Source: Gammaproteobacteria bacterium (GTDB lineage: Bacteria > Pseudomonadota > Gammaproteobacteria > GRL18). From it: 64,000 nucleotides of DNA. Position 1 is the first letter of the stretch. Every line of letters starts with the position of its first letter. The stretch is from positions 30,630 through 94,629 of the forward strand of contig JALWRI010000121.1 of the NCBI GenBank assembly GCA_026994225.1, read 5' to 3'. The notes beneath the pieces were generated by a model. The model saw only the letters and a list, made by a program, of their open reading frames with translations, did not search any database and was not told the DNA's origin. Made by a program: the position numbers and the translations under genes. This document shows, one piece after another, positions 17,818-28,851 of this stretch.

Positions 17818-19166
17818 TGTCTTTAGTTAAAAAACAGGTGAGTAACGGGATTTTTATATTATTGTTAATATGGAGTGTGGCACTTGTCGCTGCACCTATG
17901 GCATCTGAAAAGCGTTTACAACAACTAGAAATACAATGGCAACAGATGCAACAGGATATTCAACAGCTAAAACAAGATGTGAACATTATTCAGCATCAAA
18001 ATCAGGCGGTAGAGAGTGTACCGCAATTACAACAGCGTATTACCGATTTAGAAAATTATGCAGTGCAGTTATATAATGTATTAAGTAAATTGCAAAAGCA
18101 ATATGATAAAACAGAATTAGAAGTTACCCAATTAGCTGCTTCAGCACGTAATCAGCCTAATATCACTTTATATGGTACGTTTGCTATAGATAAGAAAAGG
18201 CATGAAGCAACGATTTTTGATGCACAATCGGTGGAGTTGGTTTTTAGTGGGCAACCACATCAAAAAATTAGTTATTTTACTGAATTTGAATTTGAACGGG
18301 CAGCAACCGTAGGGGGAGGACGTGGAGGAGAAGTCTTAGTTGAGCAAGCCTATTTAGATTTGCAGCTTTTTGATTGGATGTCATCTCGTACTGGCGTTAT
18401 TTTAATTCCTTTTGGTAATATCGAAGAAAATCACTATACTCCCATTCGGGAGACCATCTCCAAGACATTAACAGCCTATGCGCTTGCTCCTTCAGATTGG
18501 TTTGATAACGGTACGGGATTAACTGGGCAGGTCAAGGTCAATAAAGATTGGTTACTTTTCTATCAAACTTATTTAACCACCGGTTTAGGTAGCGATATAA
18601 GTGCTACGGGATTACGTGGTACCCGTCAGGGTTTTGGCGTAGATAATAATAATAATAAAGCCTTTAGTTTAGATGTCTCTTTAAAATTTGCCTCTATGTT
18701 AAATATGGGGTGGAGTTTTTATCAAGGTGCATATAGTGATGATGGGAAAGAGGATATTACTGGATGGAGTAGTGATTTTATATTTGAATGGAAGGCCTTA
18801 AAATTGTCTGGAGAATATATGCGGATGAATGTGGATAGAGCAGAAGGCACAACGGCTAAAATGGATGGTCTTTATTTAAGAAGCAGTTATGAAATATCTC
18901 AATATTTTAAACCTTTGTGGAGTGGAACGTTATTTCCCGATGCAAAATTGCATTACATTATGCAGTATGATTGGGTTAATATTGAAAATCCTTATACTTT
19001 AGAAGTAAAAGATAATAAAGAACAACGCTATACACTAGGGTTTAGTTATCGTCCTGACCACCGCTTAGTATTAAAATTAAACTATGAATATAGTAAGGCA
19101 TCAGGATTAAGAATTTTACGTGGTAATGCGAAATCTTGGTTAGCATCAATGGGCTATATTTTTTGA
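17817..19166 (+). CDS. Outer-membrane beta-barrel (porin-like) protein with an N-terminal periplasmic coiled coil
   Basis: Signal peptide and a Q-rich heptad region 'LQQLEIQWQQMQQDIQQLKQDV'. Alternating beta-strand pattern with terminal 'GYIF'. The ATG overlaps the kinase TAA (TAATG). Confidence 0.65.
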   Translation: MSLVKKQVSNGIFILLLIWSVALVAAPMASEKRLQQLEIQWQQMQQDIQQLKQDVNIIQHQNQAVESVPQLQQRITDLENYAVQLYNVLSKLQKQYDKTELEVTQLAASARNQPNITLYGTFAIDKKRHEATIFDAQSVELVFSGQPHQKISYFTEFEFERAATVGGGRGGEVLVEQAYLDLQLFDWMSSRTGVILIPFGNIEENHYTPIRETISKTLTAYALAPSDWFDNGTGLTGQVKVNKDWLLFYQTYLTTGLGSDISATGLRGTRQGFGVDNNNNKAFSLDVSLKFASMLNMGWSFYQGAYSDDGKEDITGWSSDFIFEWKALKLSGEYMRMNVDRAEGTTAKMDGLYLRSSYEISQYFKPLWSGTLFPDAKLHYIMQYDWVNIENPYTLEVKDNKEQRYTLGFSYRPDHRLVLKLNYEYSKASGLRILRGNAKSWLASMGYIF

Positions 19167-19182
19167 TGATTATATATAAATA

Positions 19183-19269
19183 TGGTGCCGAGGGTCGGAG
19201 TCGAACCGACACTCCTTTGCAGGAACTGGATTTTGAATCCAGCGCGTCTACCAATTTCACCACCCCGGC
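19183..19269 (-). tRNA. tRNA-Leu (anticodon CAA), CCA encoded
   Basis: The reverse complement GCCGGGGTGGTGAAATTGGTAGACGCGCTGGATTCAAAATCCAG...GGTTCGACTCCGACCCTCGGCACCA has a cloverleaf with a long variable arm. The anticodon loop is TTCAAAA. Confidence 0.93.
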
Positions 19270-19398
19270 TTTATAGAGTGAAGTATTGTAATCGCTTCAT
19301 TATTAAAGTGCAAGGGAAATAGCATTGTTAATGGTTATCAAATTTTTATCCATAGCCTTAATTATGTTATCATAGCGGGCTTTGATATTTCATAGTTA

Positions 19399-19429
19399 GT
19401 CAACTACCCCTAAGCTAAAGCCTTAGGGG
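19399..19429. repeat. Hairpin repeat GTCAACTACCCCTAAG-CTAAAGC-CTTAGGGG
   Basis: 8-bp perfect stem. The left flank 'AACTACCC' is shared with the repeats at 25892-25915 and 36262-36297. The 'GCTAAAG' loop is shared with 19713-19753 and 27051-27096. Confidence 0.7.
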
Positions 19430-19712
19430 CTTGGATCGTAAGATTTAGGATAGCAGATGAATACTGTAATAGGTGATTAGTCTAAGCCTTAAACTGGCTA
19501 CGTTGTTTAAGTGATAGCACCTTCGGGCCTCCCAGGTCCGTTGTGCTGCTTTTTAATGTTAAAAGACTAAAAGACCTCAACGGGTTGGTGCATTAAAATT
19601 GACAGGCTTTTACAACATTGACGATGGGAATCTACTGGTTTGTGTGTTCCAGATTAAATTTTTAATATTTAATATAAAAATACGCACTAATTTTAAAAAG
19701 GGTTAGCAGTGG

Positions 19713-19753
19713 CAATTCATCCTCTCGGCTAAAGAACGACGGGTTTTCTTGCC
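19713..19753. repeat. Hairpin repeat CAATTCATCCTCTCGGCTAAAGAACGACGGGTTTTCTTGCC
   Basis: By eye, about 75% identical to 27051-27096 (caattgacattctcccatagctaaagcgatgggttttgtgcttcag). Confidence 0.65.
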
Positions 19754-19770
19754 ACAGGAATATAAACTTC

Positions 19771-21937
<2,167 letters not shown>

Positions 21938-22005
21938 AAGTGATGTTATAATATGTGCGATGGTAACAAGTATTTTTTCATATATTTTTTATTAAAGGAG
22001 TTGAT

Positions 22006-22344
22006 ATGAGTTTTTTTATTAGTGATGCAATGGCAGAAGGTGCTCCTGTAGCACAACAGCAAGGTGATCCGATGGTGACCTTCATTATGATGGGAGCGAT
22101 CTTTTTAATTTTTTATTTCTTGATTATACGTCCACAAAGTAAACGTGCTAAAGAGCATAAGGCAATGATTGATGCATTGGGTAAAGGAGATGAAGTAATC
22201 ACGGGTGGAGGAATTTTAGGCAAAATTATCACCTTGCATGATCAGTTTGTAACGGTAGAAGTAAACCAGAATATGCAGATTAATGTACAACGACAATCTA
22301 TTACTACTGTTGTCCCTAAAGGTACTATTAAGTCTATAAAATAA
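22006..22344 (+). CDS. yajC: Preprotein translocase subunit YajC
   Basis: 112 aa, single TM, 'IRPQSKRAKEHKAM...GDEVITGGGILGKI'. Confidence 0.92.
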   Translation: MSFFISDAMAEGAPVAQQQGDPMVTFIMMGAIFLIFYFLIIRPQSKRAKEHKAMIDALGKGDEVITGGGILGKIITLHDQFVTVEVNQNMQINVQRQSITTVVPKGTIKSIK

Positions 22345-22386
22345 GTAATGGAATTACTTATCCTCTTGCCGCATTTTTAAATAAGA

Positions 22387-24276
22387 GTGAATAAACGTAT
22401 GTTAAATCAATACCCCCGTTGGAAATATATCGCCATAATATTGACCTTACTGACTGCATTATTATATGCCTTACCTAATATTTTTGGGGAAGATCCTGCA
22501 GTACAAATAGCAGCATCAGCACGAGGTATCACAGTTGATACTGAAACTTTACAGCGGGTAGAGAAAATTTTAACCGCACATCAGTTGAAATGGAAAAAAG
22601 CGGCATTGACGGATAAGGGTATATTAGTTCGTTTTTTTGATGAAGATACGCAAATTACAGGACGGGATATATTAGGAAAAACATTAGGTAATGGTTATGC
22701 TATTGCCTTAAATTTAGCGCCTGCAACCCCTGAGTGGTTATTGCAATTAAATGCTAAACCGATGTATTTAGGGCTGGATTTACGGGGGGGTGTTTATTTC
22801 CTGATGGAAGTCGATATGCGTACTGCAATTAAAAAAACGATGCAAAGCTTTGTCAGTGATATACGTAGTTTATTACAAAAAAACAAGTTGAAATATTTAG
22901 CAGTGTTAACAAGTGGCGGGAATGATTTAGAATTACGTTTTAAATCAGAGCAACAGCGTGCGAGTGCACATGAAATAGTAAAACGGGAATTTAGACAACT
23001 CACGTTTAGCTTTAAAGATAATGGACGTATTTTTTCTTTATATGGAAAATTAAGCGAAAAAGAGCTCACTGATACGAAAAGGTTTGCTCTGGAACAAAAT
23101 ATTACCACATTACGTAAACGGATTGATGAAAAATTTAATGGTTTGGTTGAACCGATTATTCAGCAGCAAGGCGATAGTCGGATTATTATTCAATTACCAG
23201 GTATTCAAGATACAGCCGGTGCAAAAGATATTCTCGGTGCAACAGCAACGCTAGAATATAGAGCTAAAGCAAAGACCGATACAGAAGCACGTCAAGCAGC
23301 GCAAACAGGACGAGTACCTCCTGGTACAGAATTATATCAACGGCGTGATGGTAGCCCTATTTTATTGAAAAAACGGGTTATAGTAACAGGGGATCATGTT
23401 ACTAATGCTCAGGCAGGTATTGATCCTGATACCGGTGGAGCAATGGTTTCAGTACGTTTAGATGGATATGGTGGTAAACGTATGGGAAACTTTACCAAGA
23501 AAAATATAGGTAAAGTGATGGCAGTAGTCTATATTGAAACCCGTATAGAAACAGATACGGATGAACAAGGTAAGGTAATAAAACGTAAGAAAACAACGAA
23601 AGAGGTGATTAGTGATGCGGTAATTCGAGGACATTTTACGAATCGTTTTCAAACTACCGGTTTAGATAGTGTACAAGAAGCAAATACCTTATCCTTATTA
23701 TTGCGTGCCGGTGCATTGGCAGCCCCAGTAGAAATTATTGAAGAACGAACCATTGGCCCGAGTTTAGGTAAGGCAAATATTGATCAAGGGATTAATTCAG
23801 TTATATTAGGCTTTATTTTAGTATTAATTTTTATGTTGTATTGGTATCGCAGTTTTGGTCTGATTGCTAATATTGCCTTAGGATTAAATCTTGTCATTAT
23901 CGTTGCAGTATTATCTATATTGCAAGCAACATTAACCTTACCAGGGATTGCAGGTATTGTTTTAACCGTAGGGATGGCCGTTGATGCCAATGTTTTAATC
24001 TTTGAACGTATCAGGGAAGAATTGAGAGCCGGAAATTCAATACAAAATAGTATCCATGAAGGATATGCTAAAGCCTTAAGTACGATTGCAGATGCCAATG
24101 TAACGACGTTAATTGCAGCATTTGTTTTATTTGTGGTGGGTACAGGCCCTATTAAGGGCTTTGCCGTTACATTATCTATTGGTATTGCTACATCGATGTT
24201 TACTGCTATTGTTGTGAGTCGAGCAATTGTGAATATATGGTATGGGAATAAAAAAATAGAAACACTTTCGATATAA
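22387..24276 (+). CDS. secD: Protein translocase subunit SecD
   Basis: 629 aa. 'LGLDLRGG' and a C-terminal 6-TM SecD/F domain. Start is GTG 22387 or ATG 22399. Confidence 0.95.
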   Translation: MNKRMLNQYPRWKYIAIILTLLTALLYALPNIFGEDPAVQIAASARGITVDTETLQRVEKILTAHQLKWKKAALTDKGILVRFFDEDTQITGRDILGKTLGNGYAIALNLAPATPEWLLQLNAKPMYLGLDLRGGVYFLMEVDMRTAIKKTMQSFVSDIRSLLQKNKLKYLAVLTSGGNDLELRFKSEQQRASAHEIVKREFRQLTFSFKDNGRIFSLYGKLSEKELTDTKRFALEQNITTLRKRIDEKFNGLVEPIIQQQGDSRIIIQLPGIQDTAGAKDILGATATLEYRAKAKTDTEARQAAQTGRVPPGTELYQRRDGSPILLKKRVIVTGDHVTNAQAGIDPDTGGAMVSVRLDGYGGKRMGNFTKKNIGKVMAVVYIETRIETDTDEQGKVIKRKKTTKEVISDAVIRGHFTNRFQTTGLDSVQEANTLSLLLRAGALAAPVEIIEERTIGPSLGKANIDQGINSVILGFILVLIFMLYWYRSFGLIANIALGLNLVIIVAVLSILQATLTLPGIAGIVLTVGMAVDANVLIFERIREELRAGNSIQNSIHEGYAKALSTIADANVTTLIAAFVLFVVGTGPIKGFAVTLSIGIATSMFTAIVVSRAIVNIWYGNKKIETLSI

Positions 24277-24316
24277 TATCGGTTAAGTATCAGAGAATAA
24301 GTAGGAAAAATAAAGT

Positions 24317-25282
24317 ATGCGATTAGATGTAGATTTTGATTTTATGGCACAGCGTCAGTTAGCTGTTCGTTTTTCAATAACATTAATAGTGATTTCAGTA
24401 TTGTCTTTAATTATCGGGCAATTAAATTTCGGTCTGGATTTTACCGGAGGCACTTTAGTTGAATTACGTTATAACGAGCCGGTTGATTTAAAACCAGTGC
24501 GGGATATAGTAAATACCCGTTACACCAATGCACAGGTTAAACATTTTGGCTCTGCTTCAGAAATAGTAGTCGTTGTTCCCCCGCATGAAAAGGAAAGTAA
24601 TGCACAAGTGAGTGAACAGTTGTTAACATTACTCCGTCCTAATCCTAAAGACACCTCCATACAAGTAAATCGAGTTGAGTTTGTAGGCCCGAGTGTTGGT
24701 GATGAACTGACCGAAAAAGGGGGATTAGCAATGATCGGTGCATTATTTTGCATCTTGATTTATGTTGCATTACGTTTTGAATATCGTTTTGCAGTAGGTG
24801 CTGTAGCAGCCTTAGCGCATGATGTTATCATCGTATTAGGTATTTTTTCCGTACTACAATTAAATTTCGATTTAACAGTATTAGCTGCTATTCTGGCAGT
24901 AATTGGTTATTCCTTAAATGATACGATTGTCGTATATGATAGAATTCGTGAAAATTTTCGTATTATGCGAAAAGGGAGCAGTGCTGAAATTATTAATACA
25001 TCATTAAATCAGACTTTATCGAGAACTTTGGTCACATCATTAACTACCGCTCTTGTTTTGTTGGCATTATTATTTTTTGGTGGTGAATTAATTCGAGGTT
25101 TTGCCATTGCATTGTTAAGTGGTGTGGTTATTGGAACGTATTCATCCATTTATGTTTCAAGTGTGATGCTTATTATGATGAAAGTAACGAAAGAAGATCT
25201 TGCTCCTGTGAAAAAAGAGGGGGAAGAATTTAAAGAAGAAATGTATGAAGAAATTCCATTAAGAGGAGAAGAACAAAGATAA
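24317..25282 (+). CDS. secF: Protein translocase subunit SecF
   Basis: 321 aa. 'GLDFTGGT' and 'GYSLNDTIVVYDRIREN'. Confidence 0.95.
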   Translation: MRLDVDFDFMAQRQLAVRFSITLIVISVLSLIIGQLNFGLDFTGGTLVELRYNEPVDLKPVRDIVNTRYTNAQVKHFGSASEIVVVVPPHEKESNAQVSEQLLTLLRPNPKDTSIQVNRVEFVGPSVGDELTEKGGLAMIGALFCILIYVALRFEYRFAVGAVAALAHDVIIVLGIFSVLQLNFDLTVLAAILAVIGYSLNDTIVVYDRIRENFRIMRKGSSAEIINTSLNQTLSRTLVTSLTTALVLLALLFFGGELIRGFAIALLSGVVIGTYSSIYVSSVMLIMMKVTKEDLAPVKKEGEEFKEEMYEEIPLRGEEQR

Positions 25283-25339
25283 TCGCCCTTATCCTTACTG
25301 GTCATTTTATTTTTAACTGCTAGTACAGCGGTTTGAACA

Positions 25340-25870
25340 AAAGATACAGGGCGCAGTCTCGCTCCTTCAGGAGCGAGTTAGCCCGTGATGTCAGGACGGT
25401 GCATTTTGTTATTGCACATACTTTTTGACCACGCTCAATGAAGCGCCACCCGTTGATATAATACAATAACTGGGTGACCAGAATTGCTTGCCCCAGTTAC
25501 GATCTGGGGATTGTTCAGCTTCCAGTCAGCAATGTGCTCAGTGCAGTGATACGGATAAAAAGAACCGTAAGAGCCAGTCTGAGTTCTTATGTTTAAAATG
25601 CGGGCATACAGACAATGCCGGTAATAATGCCTCAAAAGTAATAAAACAAAGAACCTTCGAATATTTACGCTCTAAAGCGTTCCTCAATGGGAAAAAAAAG
25701 CGTAAAATTTCCATTTGAAAAAAAGCGGTACAGGCGGTGGAACGACCGTCTTTAGATGGCAAAGGAGATGTAAGCCCGGAAAATCCGGCAACGGCTGTTG
25801 ATGCGTCAAACGAAAACAGAGTAACTTAATCACCCGGTATGGGTGATTAAGTTACTCTTTTAGTAGGCTC
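25340..25870 (+). mobile_element. Nested, degenerate IS200/IS605-family relics (right-end-like hairpin, then a TnpB C-terminal zinc-finger region with an in-frame TGA)
   Basis: Hairpin ctcgctcc-ttca-ggagcgag at 25358-25377. ORF 25488..25718 reads 'SSQQCAQCSDTDKKNRKSQSEFLCLKCGHTDNAGNNAS' (CxxC...CxxCGH..NAxxNA). The same frame continues past the TGA (25716-25718) to the TAA at 25827-25829. Confidence 0.65.
25818..25858 (+). other. 18-bp perfect stem-loop (AGAGTAACTTAATCACCC-ggtat-GGGTGATTAAGTTACTCT) followed by TTT
   Basis: Read directly. It spans the stop codon of the TnpB-like frame. It is either an intrinsic terminator or the subterminal IS200/IS605 hairpin. Confidence 0.7.
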
Positions 25871-25871
25871 G

Positions 25872-26024
25872 TTATGCCTGTAGGGGTGCGGCTCCTTTAG
25901 GGGTGGGTAGTTCACGCAGCCCTTGTTTTTGGTCAAACCGAATGGTTTCTACATTAATATTCGCAAGTTTTGCTAAACGTCCGATTGTTAATGGTTTATC
26001 AAGGGATACTTCTTCACGCTTCAT
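25872..26024 (-). pseudogene. MerR-family HTH N-terminal fragment (50 codons)
   Basis: By manual translation, 'MKREEVSLDKPLTIGRLAKLANINVETIRFDQKQGL' resembles a MerR-type HTH. It then reads into the repeat sequence ('RELPTPKGAAPLQA*'). Confidence 0.5.
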
Positions 26025-26035
26025 AAGTGTTAATG

Positions 26036-27016
26036 TTATGGTGTGGCGGTATTGGTAGTAGGTGTTGTAGTTGAAGAAGGCGTTGATGGTTGAGGTGGAG
26101 AAGGCGGCGTAGAAGGGTTAGCCTTTGCTCCTACATTCATCATGCCCATCATAAAACCCATAAATGCTGCATCAAATTCTTGTTGTGTTGTAGCATTGCC
26201 AAGTTGTGTCATCATAGCGTCAATACTGCCTATCAACATCATAGTTTGTACTTTGTTCTTAGCCATTTGTTCAGGGGATATTTTAGCAATTTCTTGTTTT
26301 GCTTTGTCTATTTCCATCTTCCAATTTTCGGCTAAGTTGCTAGGAATCCAGTGTTCTTCTATTTTAGTCATATTTTCATTACGACTTTGACCATTTTTAT
26401 AAATGGTTTTAATAACGGCATTATTACCTTCACTTGAAACTAATTCAATTTTTTCAATATCATTGAGAAATTGCTTGGAGTATCCAGTATTATTTTCTGG
26501 TAGTGATTGTTGTAAACGATGAAATTGTGTCATAAATTGACTACCTGTAGTGGTCAAAAATTTTTCTATATCCAGCGTTTTTACTTTGTCAATATCAGTT
26601 AAATCACTTTGTGTAAGTGTTGCGAATAAACTAACGACCGCATCCCAATTTTTCTCAATATCTGCCTTGTTTGCTTGTGCTTGAGGTTGTGACATCATAG
26701 GACTATTGAGAATAAAGTTTTTTTGATCACGTAATAGAATCACTAATTTTGTACTGAGTGCAGCAATTTTATTGTACAGCTCAACATCCATTTTATTGGC
26801 AAAATCATGGATAAGAGTATTAATATCTTGTTGATAACTAGGTGGAAGCGCTTTCCATAAAGCCTGCGGTTTATTTTCTTTTAAATCTTGTAATACCGCA
26901 TTAGAAACGCTATCAGGGGTGTTGGTCTGTTCCTTTTTTTGATCGCTACAGGCAGATAAAAAGAACAAGAGACTGAGCACTAAAAAAAACGATATGTGTG
27001 TTGTATGTTGAGGCAT
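26036..27016 (-). CDS. Lipoprotein of unknown function with a P/S/T-rich C-terminal tail
   Basis: Lipobox 'FFLSAC'. Mostly helical. Tail 'NPSTPPSPPQPSTPSSTTTPTTNTATP'. Confidence 0.6.
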   Translation of the reverse strand: MPQHTTHISFFLVLSLLFFLSACSDQKKEQTNTPDSVSNAVLQDLKENKPQALWKALPPSYQQDINTLIHDFANKMDVELYNKIAALSTKLVILLRDQKNFILNSPMMSQPQAQANKADIEKNWDAVVSLFATLTQSDLTDIDKVKTLDIEKFLTTTGSQFMTQFHRLQQSLPENNTGYSKQFLNDIEKIELVSSEGNNAVIKTIYKNGQSRNENMTKIEEHWIPSNLAENWKMEIDKAKQEIAKISPEQMAKNKVQTMMLIGSIDAMMTQLGNATTQQEFDAAFMGFMMGMMNVGAKANPSTPPSPPQPSTPSSTTTPTTNTATP

Positions 27017-27050
27017 GTTATATTTATTCCTTTATTAAATTTAAGTGTTT

Positions 27051-27096
27051 CAATTGACATTCTCCCATAGCTAAAGCGATGGGTTTTGTGCTTCAG
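27051..27096. repeat. Hairpin repeat (CCCAT-aGCTAAAGcg-ATGGG then GTTTTGTGC), same family as 19713-19753
   Basis: Direct sequence comparison. Confidence 0.65.
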
Positions 27097-27146
27097 TTTT
27101 TACAATATGTTAGATACATTGATAGCATATTGAGTATAACAAAATT

Positions 27147-27638
27147 TTACTCTTTGGTTGTTTTTTTGTAGCTTATTTTACCTAAAAAACGATTTAAAAA
27201 ATTATCTCTTGGGAGAAAGGGTATAATTGGAGGACGACGTTCGCCGATATATTCTTGTAATTCAATAAGGGGAATATGTTCTGCATCTACGGAAAATCCT
27301 TTTTGCATTGCTTGCACGGCTTGTTTTCTATGACCTAATTTTAATTCTGCATGGACAAGATTACAAAATACATCACCATCAAAATGTTCATCTTTAGCAG
27401 CTCTACGACAAAGATTTAATCCAGATCTATCACCGGTTAAAACGGATGATAAGCCAACAAAGGAAAGGTATTTATTATAATAGCTGGAACTAGATGATAC
27501 TGATTTGAGGGCTTGTGAAAAAGCATTAAGGGCTGCTGAGAAATTTTCACTTGAAAAATGCTCTAATCCTTGATAGAAAGCGGGATGATATTCCATTCCC
27601 GTCATAGTATTCGTTGTATGAGAGTGATCAATAGTCAT
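27147..27638 (-). CDS. Small TPR-like helical protein
   Basis: ORF 27147..27788. The first 50 codons are AT-rich low-complexity sequence, so the start is more likely the ATG at 27638 ('MTIDHSH...'). It has helical repeat character. Confidence 0.5.
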   Translation of the reverse strand: MTIDHSHTTNTMTGMEYHPAFYQGLEHFSSENFSAALNAFSQALKSVSSSSSYYNKYLSFVGLSSVLTGDRSGLNLCRRAAKDEHFDGDVFCNLVHAELKLGHRKQAVQAMQKGFSVDAEHIPLIELQEYIGERRPPIIPFLPRDNFLNRFLGKISYKKTTKE

Positions 27639-27909
27639 TTTATATTTTCCTGAATTAATACCGATAGTTAAGTTGTAGCCAATGATGTTTTTTTGGTAGC
27701 AGGTATTGGTATTAAATATTATTATTTTCAATAAGTATATCAAAATAAAAAAGAAGTCCATAGTAAACCGGGATATGTTATAATCCATTTGCTACAAAAG
27801 ACGTATTATCATGGTATAAATAAGATACTGTAGTAAACAACGATACTGTATAAGCCTATAGAGTGCTTGTCACCTAATTTAAAGTAATGAAAATGTGGTC
27901 ATAAAGGTT

Positions 27910-28821
27910 ATGAAAACTAACTTAGCAATTATGTTTGCTGATATTAGTGGTAGTACACGAATATATGAAACCCTTGGGGATAGTCGGGCTAGAGATATTA
28001 CTGCTAAATGTGTTGAATTGATGAGTAAAATTACCCAACAATATGAAGGTAGGGTAATAAAAACTATTGGAGACGAAGTCATGTGTGTATTTCCTTCAGC
28101 TGATACGGCAGGAAATGCGGCAATTTTCATGCAAGAAAGTATTCAACGTAGTGAGGCTGATTTTGGTTATCCATTACGTATTCGAGTAGGATTTCATTAC
28201 GGTGAGGTCATTGAAGAACAAGGAGATGTGTTTGGTGATGCGGTAAATTTAGCGGCACGTTTAGCTGGACAGGCAAAAGCTGATCAAGTGATTACCAGTG
28301 GTGAAACGTGTGAGTATATGCATCCGCTGTTAAAAGGGAAAACCCGTCTTTTAATTACAACGACAGTAAAAGGAAAACAAAAATCAGTAAAACTGTATGA
28401 ATTGACCTGGGGAGAAGAAGAAGATCTCACTATTATGGGATCGGTGAGTCAGATAATGACATCGGTAAATCCAGAAGTTTATCTAAATGTGTATTATCAA
28501 AATCAAGAAATTCAGGTGAATCAGGGATTATCCAATATTACAATAGGACGGGGCGCACAAAATCATTTTATGGTATCTGTTGCAGTCGCATCCCGATTAC
28601 ATGCTCGTATTGAGTTTCGTAGGGGTAAATTTTTTATTGTCGATCAAAGTACGAATGGAACGTATGTGATAATGAATGGTAAGGTAAATTTTGTACATAG
28701 AGATGAGTTGCCACTGGAAGGACAGGGTAAAATTAGTTTAGGTAAAAAATTCACCGGTGATGAGCAACAAAATAATGAGTATGTTTTACGTTTTGTAGTT
28801 AATGGTTCATTGCCTCAGTAA
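27910..28821 (+). CDS. Class III adenylate/guanylate cyclase domain fused to a C-terminal FHA domain
   Basis: 'AIMFADISGSTRIYE', 'KTIGDEVMCVF' and 'GDAVNLAARL' mark the cyclase. FHA: 'ITIGRG...SRLHARIEF..GKFFIVDQSTNGTYV'. Confidence 0.88.
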   Translation: MKTNLAIMFADISGSTRIYETLGDSRARDITAKCVELMSKITQQYEGRVIKTIGDEVMCVFPSADTAGNAAIFMQESIQRSEADFGYPLRIRVGFHYGEVIEEQGDVFGDAVNLAARLAGQAKADQVITSGETCEYMHPLLKGKTRLLITTTVKGKQKSVKLYELTWGEEEDLTIMGSVSQIMTSVNPEVYLNVYYQNQEIQVNQGLSNITIGRGAQNHFMVSVAVASRLHARIEFRRGKFFIVDQSTNGTYVIMNGKVNFVHRDELPLEGQGKISLGKKFTGDEQQNNEYVLRFVVNGSLPQ

Positions 28822-28851
28822 GCAAGGTCAATTTATGGAATAGGAAAGATA

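Noticed and set aside
19042-19263. Minus-strand ORF of 73 aa
   Set aside because: It overlaps the tRNA-Leu gene and the 3' end of the porin-like gene, so it is spurious.
19527-19565. Possible SRP (4.5S) RNA because of 'cccaggtccg'
   Set aside because: It lacks the conserved GGAA tetraloop and the 'GGAAGCAGC' domain IV motif on either strand. The resemblance is limited to a few bases.
19270-19770. A preQ1 riboswitch upstream of queA
   Set aside because: No preQ1-I or preQ1-II consensus (e.g. a conserved stem followed by an A-rich tail with 'CTA') could be located, and queA is not a typical preQ1-regulated gene.
27639-27788. The N-terminal 50 codons of ORF 27147..27788
   Set aside because: This is AT-rich promoter-like sequence giving 'FFFILIYLLKIIIFNTN'. 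The conserved-looking protein begins at the internal Met (27638).
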